From: an uncultured delta proteobacterium
GTDB taxonomy: Bacteria > Desulfobacterota > BSN033 > UBA1163
Length of the DNA stretch: 64,000 nt
Direction: 5' to 3'
NCBI GenBank assembly: GCA_963708295.1
Contig: CAVPSJ010000004.1
Coordinates: forward strand, 416,001 to 480,000
The position numbers and the translations under genes were made by a program. Shown piece after piece: positions 21,960 through 31,943 of the stretch. The notes beneath the pieces were generated by a model that ran no database searches, was not told the DNA's origin, and saw only the letters and a program-made list of their open reading frames with translations. The stretch's first letter is position 1. Every line of letters begins with the position of its first letter.

Positions 21960-23834
21960 ATGAAGTTTTCGCCTAAGCTTCTTTTTTTCGCCCGTCTCCT
22001 TACATTTTTCATATTGACCCCTATCCCCGGTATTTCTTTCTCCCAACAAAACCTCGGCGTTCCCGTGAGAGAGCCCACCGTCTGGGGGGCCTATGTCGGT
22101 CCGGGGAAAACAGGGGCCTTCGATACGATCTACCTCTCCTTCAGTCAGTACAATGCCCCCCTTTTCCTCCTGGCGGTCAATCCGGATACAGGCCAGATGC
22201 GACAATTCAACGGCCCTTTGTCGTCCGAAATGGGTTCCTGGGGATTTACTACCGATCATGAGAACAGGATCTATCTCGGAAGTTACTATAATGCGCACCT
22301 CCTCCGCTTCGATCCAAAAACGGAAAAATGGGAAGATCTTGGGCGCCCCACAGGCGGAAAGGAGTCTTTTATTTGTGCTTTGACCACTGCACCCGATGGA
22401 AAGATCTGGGGGGGGACCTTTCCCTCAGCGATGCTTTTCTCCTATGATCCGAAGACTGGAGTGACTGAAAATTTCGATCGAATGGATCCGGATCAGTTTT
22501 ACTGTTACCCGACTGCAGGCGAAGACGGCTTGATCTACTGTGCCATTCAGTTTGAGAAGATGGACATTGTCGTCTTCGACCCGGAAACGAGGGTCAGGAC
22601 CTCGTTGATTCCGCCAGAAAGCCGAAAACCCGGACGGGTGACGTTGGTCAAGGGAAAAGACGGAAGGGTTTACTCGAAGTTCTCGACTTCTGACGGGTGG
22701 TTTCTGATCGAAGAGGGAAAAAGGCTTGCCGAGACCTCTCCTTCCGGCGTTCCATTCGTCCCCAAAGCCCTCCCCAACGGTCGAGTTTTTTCCCCCGTTG
22801 AAAACAATATTCTCAGAATCGAGAATCCTGTGACCAAGGAGGCAAAGGAGATTTTTCTCCACTATGACGCCGCAGGTTCCTATATCTTTGTGGTCGGAAC
22901 AGGGCCGGACGGCAAAATCTATGGGAGCAGCATGCTTCCTCTTCGCTTATTTGTTTATGATCCAGAGAAAGGCAATTTGACGAATCTCGGGAGAGCATCT
23001 CTTTGGTCCGGGGAGGTCTATTCGTTAGGATCGCTCGATGGAAAGCTCTATCTCTGTTCCTATCCAGGGGCCCGACTATCTGTTTACAATCCAAAAAACC
23101 CTTTACGATTTGGCGAGGGAGAGGATGCCAATCCGAGGGACCTGGGGCCCATGGGAGAAGGACTCTATCGACCCAGAGCGATGATTGCCGGGCCTCATGG
23201 AAAGGTATATATCGGGGGTTACCCCGATTATGGCCTCCTGGGTGGTGCGATCGGAGTTTATGATCCGAAGAAAAATGAAAGAAGAGTCTATCGTCATGTC
23301 ATCCAGAATCAAAGCATTGCCTCTCTCGCCTACATTGAGAAACTCGACCTGATCGCAGGAGGGGGGTCTGTCTTGGGAGGAACCGGGACGCACGCCGTTG
23401 AAAAAGAGGCGAAGCTCATGCTTTGGGATCCAAGGGAGGAAAAAAAGATCTTTGAAATCGCTCCGGTTCCCGGAGCGAAAATAATCCTCTCTCTTGCGGT
23501 GACGGTCGACGGTTTGCTTTATGGAATCACGAACAATGAGAAGGTCTTCGTTCTTGATCCAGAGAAGAAAGAGATCCGTAAGATTTTCGATCTTGGATTC
23601 AAGGAGCCGAGAGAAATCTCTCTCCAGCTTGGACCGGACCTTAGACTTTATGGGCTTGCAGAGGAGGCAGTCTTTTCTATCGATCCCAGAAGCGATCGGG
23701 TATCCCTTGTAACGAAACCTCCTGTCCCCATCCATTCTGGCATGGCGATGCTGGGTCGAAAAATCTATTTTGGGTCGGATGCAAATCTCTGGGAGTTTGA
23801 GATACCCATCGAACCCAGTAACCCGGCGGAGTGA
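21960..23834 (+). CDS. Secreted beta-propeller protein
   Basis: Signal peptide; repeated blades (DGKIWGGT, DGKIYGSS, FSYDPKT, VYDPKK). Confidence 0.75.
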   Translation: MKFSPKLLFFARLLTFFILTPIPGISFSQQNLGVPVREPTVWGAYVGPGKTGAFDTIYLSFSQYNAPLFLLAVNPDTGQMRQFNGPLSSEMGSWGFTTDHENRIYLGSYYNAHLLRFDPKTEKWEDLGRPTGGKESFICALTTAPDGKIWGGTFPSAMLFSYDPKTGVTENFDRMDPDQFYCYPTAGEDGLIYCAIQFEKMDIVVFDPETRVRTSLIPPESRKPGRVTLVKGKDGRVYSKFSTSDGWFLIEEGKRLAETSPSGVPFVPKALPNGRVFSPVENNILRIENPVTKEAKEIFLHYDAAGSYIFVVGTGPDGKIYGSSMLPLRLFVYDPEKGNLTNLGRASLWSGEVYSLGSLDGKLYLCSYPGARLSVYNPKNPLRFGEGEDANPRDLGPMGEGLYRPRAMIAGPHGKVYIGGYPDYGLLGGAIGVYDPKKNERRVYRHVIQNQSIASLAYIEKLDLIAGGGSVLGGTGTHAVEKEAKLMLWDPREEKKIFEIAPVPGAKIILSLAVTVDGLLYGITNNEKVFVLDPEKKEIRKIFDLGFKEPREISLQLGPDLRLYGLAEEAVFSIDPRSDRVSLVTKPPVPIHSGMAMLGRKIYFGSDANLWEFEIPIEPSNPAE

Positions 23835-23879
23835 TCCCTTCCACCGTCCAACCCTCTCCCCCGCGGTTGCCCTGATTTT

Positions 23880-25328
23880 TCAGAAGCGGGGACCGCCGCG
23901 GCCACCATGGCTAAGACCGCTCCCACCGCCCCGCCCTTGCTGGGACCCGCTAAACTCTTCTCCCCCCGTAGAAGATGAACCGGAACGTCCTGCTCCGGCC
24001 TGAGGAGAAGGGCTGAAAGACCGTTGGCTTCCCTGTGAATGAGAACTGAAGGACCGGGTTTGGCCTGCAAAGGGTCTTTGAATATTCATCCCGTTTTGTC
24101 TGCTCGTGCCTTCCAGAGAGCCGAAATTTCTGTTCATCCCTCGAGAGCCATATCCACCGGGGATTCTGCTGATCCCGCGGTCCGTGGCCGGGGGCCTTCT
24201 ATCATTGCCATATCGACCCGTGAAGCCCGAGGGTCTACTTTCTTTATTATGAACCTGCCTCCCTTCATTGCCACGGCCAACGCTCGAGTAGGCAGGGTTT
24301 ATAGGATGAGATCCTCTGCCGGTCATAGGCATGGAAGTGTGGCTCGAACCCGACCGACCATGGCTACGCTCGAAGATTGACCGAGCCCCGCTCCTGGCCT
24401 CTGTAGAGTTAAATCCCCTTACGCGAGGTGCATCCGTGCCTCCGAAATTTCTTTGGGAGTGCCTCCTCGCAGGGTCAACCGCGAAGATCCTTCCGGTTCC
24501 GGGGTCTCTCCTGTGATTGGTGACGACATAGGCATGCCCATTTCTATGAAAGCCTCTATGGAAATCATGGAGAATAAAGAACCCCGGGAAATAAAACCCG
24601 GAGCACCAGAATGGGGTGGGGATCCAGGCGTACATGTAGTAATAATCCCAGGGCGGGGGATAATAGGTAACGACAGGAGGGCCTTCGGCATAGTAATAAT
24701 TATCGATTTCGGAGGGCGTCGTGTATTCAGGGGTTGTCGGGGGTGGGCTTTCACCGTATTCATCCGACCCCTCGGCCCCCTCAGCAACGATCGGTAGTTC
24801 CTGCTCTACCGCGGCCGTCCGCAATGCCCTCAAGGCTTCATTCTTTCCAAGGGCCAATTTTTGGGCGTCCGCTGCTTCGCCGACGGCTTTCTCCAATTCT
24901 CGAATAATGTCAGGCGTCACGGGATAATCGGCAATCCATCCGTTTTGGGGTGTGATACCGACCGAAGCCAGCTTGCTCTCAGCCTCCGCTTCGTTCCCGG
25001 CCTTTCCTATTTTAAGCGCCTCGGCCAACTTGATGGCAAAATCTCCCTCACGGACCAGGGTCTGCGCAACGGGAGGAGCTTGCTTTATGGTCTTCGGTGA
25101 AGGAGTACCAACGATAGCCTTTTCAGGAGGAGCTTGGGAGGGAACGGAGGATCCCGGTCTGGCCGTATTCAGTTCTTCAGCCTGATGGCGATAATCACGA
25201 GGGATTTTGCTATCGTCATCTGCGAAGTTTACCACACCGTTCCTATCAACCCATTTGTAAACCGTCGCCGACGCAGAAGTAACGAAAAAAAGTATGAATA
25301 CGAACAAAACAAAAGGGAGCCTTTTCAT
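23880..25328 (-). CDS. Secreted DUF4124-like protein with Tyr/Pro-rich and Gly/Ser/Arg low-complexity tail
   Basis: Signal peptide ASA, then TVYKWVDRNGVVNFAD; GWIADYPVTPDII; disordered tail. Confidence 0.7.
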   Translation of the reverse strand: MKRLPFVLFVFILFFVTSASATVYKWVDRNGVVNFADDDSKIPRDYRHQAEELNTARPGSSVPSQAPPEKAIVGTPSPKTIKQAPPVAQTLVREGDFAIKLAEALKIGKAGNEAEAESKLASVGITPQNGWIADYPVTPDIIRELEKAVGEAADAQKLALGKNEALRALRTAAVEQELPIVAEGAEGSDEYGESPPPTTPEYTTPSEIDNYYYAEGPPVVTYYPPPWDYYYMYAWIPTPFWCSGFYFPGFFILHDFHRGFHRNGHAYVVTNHRRDPGTGRIFAVDPARRHSQRNFGGTDAPRVRGFNSTEARSGARSIFERSHGRSGSSHTSMPMTGRGSHPINPAYSSVGRGNEGRQVHNKESRPSGFTGRYGNDRRPPATDRGISRIPGGYGSRGMNRNFGSLEGTSRQNGMNIQRPFAGQTRSFSSHSQGSQRSFSPSPQAGAGRSGSSSTGGEEFSGSQQGRGGGSGLSHGGRGGPRF

Positions 25329-25509
25329 TTTTTTCTCTCCATTTTGGGCTAAGCATTGATTTCCCAAAACATCCCTTCTACTCATCGATGAACCCATTTG
25401 ATAGGTTCTTATAGATCTTAGACGTACTGACTGGGTCTTTTATTCAAAATTCTTCATCTCTCTCCAAGAAATGGCTGGCTGACAGGGTGTCTTCTACGAA
25501 AGGGGTTGA

Positions 25510-26469
25510 TTACAGGATCATTTTCTTGAATCTTTTCAGTCTTTCTTCCTGTTCTCTGAGCAGATGGTGAGCCTCCTCAAGAGAGATGGGCATAAACCGG
25601 ACTCGATCGCCGGGCTTGAGCTGTGCCACCCTGGGCAAGTCCGTAGAAATAATCGTGGCAATCTTCGTATAACCTCCCGTAACGAGCTCGGTCAAAATAA
25701 TCATGGGTTTTCCATCGCCAGGAACCTGAATCGCACCTGCAATCATGCCCTCTGAGATGATCGATTCCTCCACGTCGGATCGTCTCTCGACCTTGGGTCC
25801 TTCCAATCGAACCCCCATTCGATCGCATTGGGGAGTAACTTGATAGAGTGAGGAACAAAATGTTTGGAATCCCTCCTTGGTGAAGTGGTGATCTTGAGGT
25901 CCTGGAATGACCCGGAGAGCCCGCTCCTTCTCCAAAAAGGAAATCCAATCGATTGGAAACTGAAGACCCAGCTTATTTAGAGAAGAAGAGAGATCAAGCG
26001 AATAAAGAATGTCTCCTTCTTTCAATTTCCTTCCCTCCAGGCCGCCGAATTTCCCTGAAAGATAGGTGGAAGAGCTTTCCATGATTCTCGGGACAACGAA
26101 TCCTCCACTCACAGCCAGATAGGCACGACAGCCCGCCCTTACCTTCTTAAAATGGACCACGTCGCCCTCCACGAGAAGATGGGTTCTCCACATCGCCAAG
26201 GGTTCGCCGTTTAATGTGGGGCAGAGATCTCCGCCTGTGATGGAAATGACGACTTCCTTCAGAGTCATCAATTTCAAACCCATGAGGGTGACCTCGAGGC
26301 CACTCTCTCCTTCCCGGTTCCCCACCAGCAGGTTGCCCGTCCTGAAGGAAAAGGTATCCAGGGCTCCAGAGGGAGGAACTCCAAACTGGCTGAAACCATA
26401 GCGGCCGAGATCCTGAATCGTTGTCAGAACGCCAGGCTCAATAACTTCGAAGGCAGGTATTTGGGCCAT
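25510..26469 (-). CDS. pxpC: 5-oxoprolinase subunit C
   Basis: PGVLTTIQDLGR, GCRAYLAVSGG, DRMGVRL, GAIQVPGDG, TGGYTKI. Confidence 0.9.
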   Translation of the reverse strand: MAQIPAFEVIEPGVLTTIQDLGRYGFSQFGVPPSGALDTFSFRTGNLLVGNREGESGLEVTLMGLKLMTLKEVVISITGGDLCPTLNGEPLAMWRTHLLVEGDVVHFKKVRAGCRAYLAVSGGFVVPRIMESSSTYLSGKFGGLEGRKLKEGDILYSLDLSSSLNKLGLQFPIDWISFLEKERALRVIPGPQDHHFTKEGFQTFCSSLYQVTPQCDRMGVRLEGPKVERRSDVEESIISEGMIAGAIQVPGDGKPMIILTELVTGGYTKIATIISTDLPRVAQLKPGDRVRFMPISLEEAHHLLREQEERLKRFKKMIL

Positions 26470-26517
26470 TTATCCCAATCTTCCTAGGAGATATCTGGGT
26501 ATCGATTTTCGTAATTG

Positions 26518-26664
26518 GAAATGCCAAATGTCAAAGCTCGCACGAAGTGATGAACCTAAGGTGAATCAATTTCAAATCAAATCCAAAGCTCAAACAACCG
26601 AGAAATCCTAATTGAATTTAGTATTTGACATTTATTTGACATTTGAACTTTGGTCTTTGGAATT
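26518..26664. repeat. CAAAT/ATTTG heptamer-type palindromic repeat overlapping the pxpB 3' end
   Basis: aaatgccaaatgtcaaa...tttgacatttatttgacatttgaactttg. Confidence 0.7.
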
Positions 26665-27363
26665 AAGGGCCATGCGTAAAGGCCATTCCTTAAATTCTTT
26701 TTCATCGATCGGATAGAATTCAACGAAGTCTCCCATTTGAAGGAGGGCCGGAGGATCTTTCCCGGGATCGAACAGTTCTACCGGGGTTCTGCCGAGAATC
26801 TGCCACCCCCCGGGGCTCTCCATCGAATAAATCCCTGTTTGTCTCTGTGCAATGGCGACGGAGCCCTTAGGAACCCGTAGCCTGGGCGTTTTGAGTCGCG
26901 GGGTCGCCAATGCCTGAGGGAGTTCTCCCATGTAAGGATATCCGGGCATAAAACCAATCATATAGATCAGATAAGAATTGCTGCAATGGAGTTGGATCAC
27001 CTCTTCAGGAGAGATCCGGTGAACCCCTGCCACCCCCTCAAGGTCAGGGCCGTAGACCCCGCCATAGACCACCGGGATACGCGTTAACCTGGGCTCAGGA
27101 AGAGAAATCTGTTGAAGCTTTTCCTCTATTTGGGTCAATCTTCTCCCTAAGCCCTCGAAGGAAAGGATCTCTAGATTGTAAATGATGAGTAAGGACCGGT
27201 AGGTTGGAACTGTTTCGACGATCCCTTCAATGGCCTCCGCCTGGATGGCCAAAGCCATCCTTCTTACCTTCTCATTGATTTCGCGACTGATTCCGTCTCC
27301 GAACTCAAGGAGAAGACCTCGATCGCCCATCAGATAAGAAATCGGCTTAGGATAGAGGCCCAT
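26632..27363 (-). CDS. pxpB: 5-oxoprolinase subunit B
   Basis: MGDRGLLLEF, VPTYRSL, IPVVYGGVYGPDL, IGFMPGYPY, SPGGWQILGRT. Confidence 0.92.
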   Translation of the reverse strand: MGLYPKPISYLMGDRGLLLEFGDGISREINEKVRRMALAIQAEAIEGIVETVPTYRSLLIIYNLEILSFEGLGRRLTQIEEKLQQISLPEPRLTRIPVVYGGVYGPDLEGVAGVHRISPEEVIQLHCSNSYLIYMIGFMPGYPYMGELPQALATPRLKTPRLRVPKGSVAIAQRQTGIYSMESPGGWQILGRTPVELFDPGKDPPALLQMGDFVEFYPIDEKEFKEWPLRMALNSKDQSSNVK

Positions 27364-27405
27364 AGGATACTTAACGCAGTCACTACCAATAGATTCCGTA
27401 TGGCT

Positions 27406-27560
27406 AAATTCCAAATTACAAATCCCAAATCCCAAAGAAATTCCAAATACCAATTTCAAATGAACGAATCATTTGTTAGGTATTGATTGTATTTCAGATA
27501 AATATTTTCTTGAATTTTGATCATTGGAATTTATTTGTTATTTGGTGCTTGGGATTTGGT
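27406..27560. repeat. CAAAT/ATTTG heptamer-type palindromic repeat
   Basis: aaattccaaattacaaatcccaaatcccaaa...ttggaatttatttgttatttggtgcttgggatttgg. Confidence 0.75.
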
Positions 27561-27623
27561 GCTGGTCACACCTCGACAAAAAGACCCAATGGCAATATTG
27601 ATGTTCTAAATAACCCTTGTGGC

Positions 27624-28409
27624 TCAAATGAAATTCTTCATCGGTGTGACGGCCACACCCGCGTTCTTCAATTCCTGTCGAATCCTCTTCACCATCTCGA
27701 CGGCAGCAGGATTGTCGCCGTGGACACAGAGCGTATCCGCCTTGAGTTCGATCTCGGCCCCATCCCTTGCGATCACCTTGCCCTCCAGGGCCATTTTCAG
27801 CCCCCTCTTGGCGACGATCTCATGATCGTGGATCACGGCTCCCTTCTCCTTTCGGGAGACCAAGGAGCCATCTTTGTGATAGGCTCGATCTGGAAAGGCT
27901 TCAAAGGCAATACGGATACCATGACGTTTTCCAATATCGAGGAGGGATTCCTGTATTGAAGAGGCGAGGACGACCAGGATGAGATCTCGATCCACGCTCG
28001 CCACGGCTTCTGCCATAGCCTCCCATATCCTGGGATTTACAACCGCCATATTATAGAGGCTTCCGTGAGCCTTCACATGCTGAAGCTTCAGCCCCTGGGA
28101 TTGGGCAAAGGCCATCAGGGCTCCTGTTTGATAGACGACGTAGTCCTGAATCTCCTCAGAGGTGGCATCGACGTTTCTCCGTCCGAATCCCAAGAGATCG
28201 GGAAATCCAGGGTGGGCTCCGACCTCTACGCCATGTTGCTTGGCTAGGGCCACAGTCTTTCGCATCACACCGGGATCGCCAGCGTGGAATCCACAGGCAA
28301 TGTTGGCTGAGGTGATATGCGGGATGACTCCTTCATCGAGCCCCAGCTTGTAGACGCCAAAACTCTCTCCAACATCAGAGTTCATGTCTATCTGGATTTT
28401 TTTTGCCAT
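27624..28409 (-). CDS. pxpA: 5-oxoprolinase subunit A (LamB/YcsF)
   Basis: DMNSDVGESFG, SANIACGFHAGD, GAHPGFPD, HVKAHGSLYN, TLCVHGD. Confidence 0.95.
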   Translation of the reverse strand: MAKKIQIDMNSDVGESFGVYKLGLDEGVIPHITSANIACGFHAGDPGVMRKTVALAKQHGVEVGAHPGFPDLLGFGRRNVDATSEEIQDYVVYQTGALMAFAQSQGLKLQHVKAHGSLYNMAVVNPRIWEAMAEAVASVDRDLILVVLASSIQESLLDIGKRHGIRIAFEAFPDRAYHKDGSLVSRKEKGAVIHDHEIVAKRGLKMALEGKVIARDGAEIELKADTLCVHGDNPAAVEMVKRIRQELKNAGVAVTPMKNFI

Positions 28410-28526
28410 TTTCCCCTCCGATGGCTTCAAACGGTGATATCCACAAGAAAAGTCTTGACAAATATTAATTTAAAAGAGATAACTAAATCAATAGTTGAAT
28501 AAGAAAGGAATGGAGGTGGTAAATCG

Positions 28527-28610
28527 ATGGCGTGCGGTACGAAATCGTGCGGAATGAAAAATCCTAAAGCCAAGAAGGCGACGAAGAAGGCAAAACCGAA
28601 GAAGAAGTAA
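28527..28610 (+). CDS. 27-aa Cys/Lys-rich small protein
   Basis: GGAGGT SD; MACGTKSCGMKNPKAKKATKKAKPKKK*; TTGACA at about 28455. Confidence 0.7.
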   Translation: MACGTKSCGMKNPKAKKATKKAKPKKK

Positions 28611-28746
28611 GTGGCGGAATATCCAAAGAGAAGAAAGAAATTTATATTTTTTGCTTGACATAGAAACGGATTTTTGGTATCCGTTTTCGGTATACGAAAT
28701 TTTTACCTGCAATTCCTTGAAGGATGACGAAAGGAGGTGAACGGTA

Positions 28747-28908
28747 ATGAGGAAATGGGTGAGCATCTTTATGTTGTTGGCGGTGTTAGCGGTGTTTTCT
28801 TTCGGGTGTGCGAGCGTTGCAAAAGACGCGAAGATTAAATGCCCCAAGTGCGGTGCTGTCTTCACAGTCGATGAGGGCTTAAAAGAATTTGAGATGAAAG
28901 GCTACTAA
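28747..28908 (+). CDS. 53-aa small lipoprotein with CPKCG motif
   Basis: AGGAGGT SD; MRKWVSIFMLLAVLAVFSFG-CASVAKDAKIKCPKCGAVFTVDEGLKEFEMKGY*. Confidence 0.78.
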   Translation: MRKWVSIFMLLAVLAVFSFGCASVAKDAKIKCPKCGAVFTVDEGLKEFEMKGY

Positions 28909-28960
28909 TCACACCCCGTTCAGGAAGATTAACTGTCCTCTGGAGGAAAGAAAAAGAAAT

Positions 28961-28990
28961 AAAAAGGGAAGAGTCGACTCTTCCCTTTTT
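28961..28990. terminator. Bidirectional intrinsic terminator
   Basis: AAAAAGGGAAGAGTCGACTCTTCCCTTTTT perfect palindrome between convergent genes. Confidence 0.75.
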
Positions 28991-29128
28991 ATTTTGGAAT
29001 CACGCGTTCCCGCTCCTCACTTTCAGGTCGCCAAATCAACCTGCCTTCATGATGTGTCTCGGTTAAGCCACCTTCCGTATATGGAACCGCCTGAGATTTT
29101 TCCTCGGCCTCCATTCCCCGTAGAAGAG

Positions 29129-29866
29129 CTACTTCGAAGGAATGGGCTTGGGCAAGAGGGGGAAAGAGAATTCAACGGAAGGGTTTGCCCTGCTGAGGAC
29201 GGAGGAGATGACGGTTCCCCCCAAATAATTCGGGATCAGCCGAGACAGTTCGAGGATGATTTCATCGGCCCTCTCTCTTCCCACTTCACCCAACACATCA
29301 ATGGGGATGAAGATATTTTTAGTTTTTTCCGTCGCTTTGTCTTTTTCGCACTGACGCCATACCCAATTCCGGGTCAGCACCTCTCGATCATCACAATAGA
29401 CCAGCTCTCCCTTTGGCACAACGCTTGTGTCCCCACCCCCCATGGGAGTGAAAGGCTCCCATCCTTCCGTAAACCGCAGGTGAATATTCCCCTCAAGAGT
29501 GTCCAGATCATGGCCTCCCATCGGGACCAAAAACCTTAACGAGACACTGTTATAGAGATCCACAAGGGGGTTAATCTTCGGAAAAGGATCTCCTTTCAAA
29601 ACCCTTCTCGCCATGGATTCAATGGAACTTGGGAATTTACTTCCTGAAATGCCCAGCTTGGAGAAGGCAGATCTCCACGGTTTGATCCTCGGATGGTCCT
29701 GGGCTTTTCCACCGATAAAGTTTTTTCTCATCTCCTCGACAGCCCGGGTGAGAAGGTCTTCAATCTCTTTGGACGGACGGGTATTGTCCAAATCCATTGC
29801 CACTGCCATCCCAATGGTGAGATCAGGCAGGATATCGAACAGCTCCTTCTGAATAGAGAACAACAT
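29129..29866 (-). CDS. B3/4 domain protein (PheT-related editing-like)
   Basis: HPRIKPWRSAF, SSIESMARR, INPLVDLYNSVSL, GGHDLD, WVWRQCEK. Confidence 0.88.
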   Translation of the reverse strand: MLFSIQKELFDILPDLTIGMAVAMDLDNTRPSKEIEDLLTRAVEEMRKNFIGGKAQDHPRIKPWRSAFSKLGISGSKFPSSIESMARRVLKGDPFPKINPLVDLYNSVSLRFLVPMGGHDLDTLEGNIHLRFTEGWEPFTPMGGGDTSVVPKGELVYCDDREVLTRNWVWRQCEKDKATEKTKNIFIPIDVLGEVGRERADEIILELSRLIPNYLGGTVISSVLSRANPSVEFSFPLLPKPIPSK

Positions 29867-30131
29867 CTTCTCCTCCTTGCCCCTCGCAGCTCGCAAAAAT
29901 AGATTGTCGTTTTAATCCCCCGTAACATTCCCGCCAATAAAAGTCAACTCACTCAGCGAGGGGCAAGCGGCTGACGTTCCTTGACCATGAATCCTATTTT
30001 CTATATAGTGATTTCATTGGGGTTGAGCCCAACAGGGAGCTTCCGCTAACAACCTATGTTCGTCCGGTTCCACATTCATCGGTAGCCTGGGAGGAACAAG
30101 GGATAGCTTCAGAATAAGAGGAGGAATCTAA

Positions 30132-31226
30132 ACGAATCGCCGTCAGTTTCTTCGTTACTCTGCTTTCTGTGGCTTATCGGTCAGCCTTGGGAGTTTTTCC
30201 CCTTTCGCACAGGGCTTTTCAGCATCTAAGAATGACCAGCCTCTTCTAAAAGGGCTACAAATAATCGATGCCCATGCGCATCCCGATCGTTATGTCTACA
30301 ATTCACGCCCAACCGATAACACTTCAACGCTCAAGACCATCAAGAAATTGGGAATGGTTGCCAGTTGTTTCGCCGCAGTGGGTGATTCGGTATTTCTGAA
30401 TCAAGGCCGTGTCCCCGGGACTGAATATCACAGCACAAAGACCCAGCTGGAGTGGTGGCTCAAAGGCATCGTCAAGTCTGAAAAGGTCAGGTTAGTACTG
30501 AAAGCCTCCGATATACCGGCTGTTTTAGATGGCGAAAGTCCTCCAGGTGCCATTTTGGCCGTCGAGGGAGGAGACGCCCTGAAAGGTAACCCTGACACAA
30601 TAAATGAATTCTATCGTATGGGAGTCAGAATCATGACCCTGATCCATTATCGAAACAATGAGATCGGGGACACGATGAGAATGTGGAGAAATCTCAGTCC
30701 GGGCCCTTCCTCCAATGGTTTGACTCCCGCTGGGCGCAAGGTTGTAGAGCGGATGCAGGATTTGGGCATCGTGGTCGATGTCGCTCACGCCCATACTGCC
30801 ACTCTAAGACAGATTGCGGAAATAAGTTCAAGGCCGTTGATTGATTCGCATACAAACCCTTGCTCCATCGAAGACCCGTTGCAGTGCGGTCGATCTCGCA
30901 CTTGGAGAGAACTGGAATGGATTGCCAAAACAGAAGGGGTGGTTTGTACCTGGCCTTTGGCCTATACACGGGGGGCGACGACCCGAATCACTTTCTTAGA
31001 TTGGGCCAAAGAAATTTCTGAGATGAAGAACCGATTAGGAATAGAGCACGTGGGTTTGGGAACAGATGGGGGAGGAGGCCTCCCGGGCCTCATTGAGGGC
31101 TATCGAGACATTGATGATTTATCAAAACTAATCAAGGTCATGCAGGAGATTGGCTTTTCGCATCATGACATTGCAGCCTATATGGGCGGCAACTTCTATC
31201 GGGTGCTTCGAAGCTGCATCGGCTGA
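30132..31226 (+). CDS. Membrane dipeptidase (M19 family) with Tat signal; ACG at the start position
   Basis: GAGGAGG SD, then ACG-NRRQFLR..; IIDAHAH, AVEGG, DVAH, DSH, GLGTD, GGNFYRV. Confidence 0.85.
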   Translation, partial: TNRRQFLRYSAFCGLSVSLGSFSPFAQGFSASKNDQPLLKGLQIIDAHAHPDRYVYNSRPTDNTSTLKTIKKLGMVASCFAAVGDSVFLNQGRVPGTEYHSTKTQLEWWLKGIVKSEKVRLVLKASDIPAVLDGESPPGAILAVEGGDALKGNPDTINEFYRMGVRIMTLIHYRNNEIGDTMRMWRNLSPGPSSNGLTPAGRKVVERMQDLGIVVDVAHAHTATLRQIAEISSRPLIDSHTNPCSIEDPLQCGRSRTWRELEWIAKTEGVVCTWPLAYTRGATTRITFLDWAKEISEMKNRLGIEHVGLGTDGGGGLPGLIEGYRDIDDLSKLIKVMQEIGFSHHDIAAYMGGNFYRVLRSCIG

Positions 31227-31416
31227 CAGCATCGCTTATGCTGGGGGTTTTCGGGCCATTCAATTGAAAGTGATGATGAGATGAGGGGGTAGGTGTTTGG
31301 GTGTTGGGGAGGGAGACTCTCCTTTGGAAAAGAGGTTTTTTGTATTAGAATTTTGTCGCATGGATATTCAAAACCGTGGCGAGCGTTCATTCATCTGGAT
31401 AAGGGGGGATCCTAAA

Positions 31417-31854
31417 ATGCTGTCTTCCGACTTGAAAGAGACGATCCTCAGAAGAATCATGCAGATTCCTATTGTGGATACCCTTCAAATAAAGATCATT
31501 TCACTATCTGACGGATGCTGCGAGGCCATGGCGCCCAGAAAATTAGGCTATGACGGGGTTTTTGAGTCATTTCATGGCGGCCTCTTGATGACTCTTGCGG
31601 ACAGCACCGCTTGCTTTGCCATATTCACAAAGACGGGGCCGGATGTACGCCTGACGACTACGGACATGAGCATTCGATTCCTGGCGCCCTGCCTGAGCGA
31701 TGCCTTCGCCAGAGCAGAGGTAATCAAAGTGGGCCGAACCCTTTGCCCCGTCACCGTAAACCTCTTTGATTCCCACAACAAACGGGTGGCCCTTGCCCAG
31801 GTCACCTATATGCTCCTCAACAACGGCAAGGAGAGGCCAGAGGCTCGAAAATAA
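31417..31854 (+). CDS. PaaI family thioesterase
   Basis: FHGGLLMTLADS, TTDMSIRFLAP, VIKVGRT. Confidence 0.88.
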   Translation: MLSSDLKETILRRIMQIPIVDTLQIKIISLSDGCCEAMAPRKLGYDGVFESFHGGLLMTLADSTACFAIFTKTGPDVRLTTTDMSIRFLAPCLSDAFARAEVIKVGRTLCPVTVNLFDSHNKRVALAQVTYMLLNNGKERPEARK

Positions 31855-31943
31855 CTCTCAGATAGGGCCCGGCCTGCCACCCGTTAGCATAGCGCAAAGA
31901 GCGTAGAGGGAAATTGGGAATAGGACTGGAGGGTATCTTCGTT

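Noticed and set aside
28488-28865. 125-aa minus-strand ORF
   Set aside because: It is antisense to two small + strand ORFs that have strong SD sequences and coherent features.
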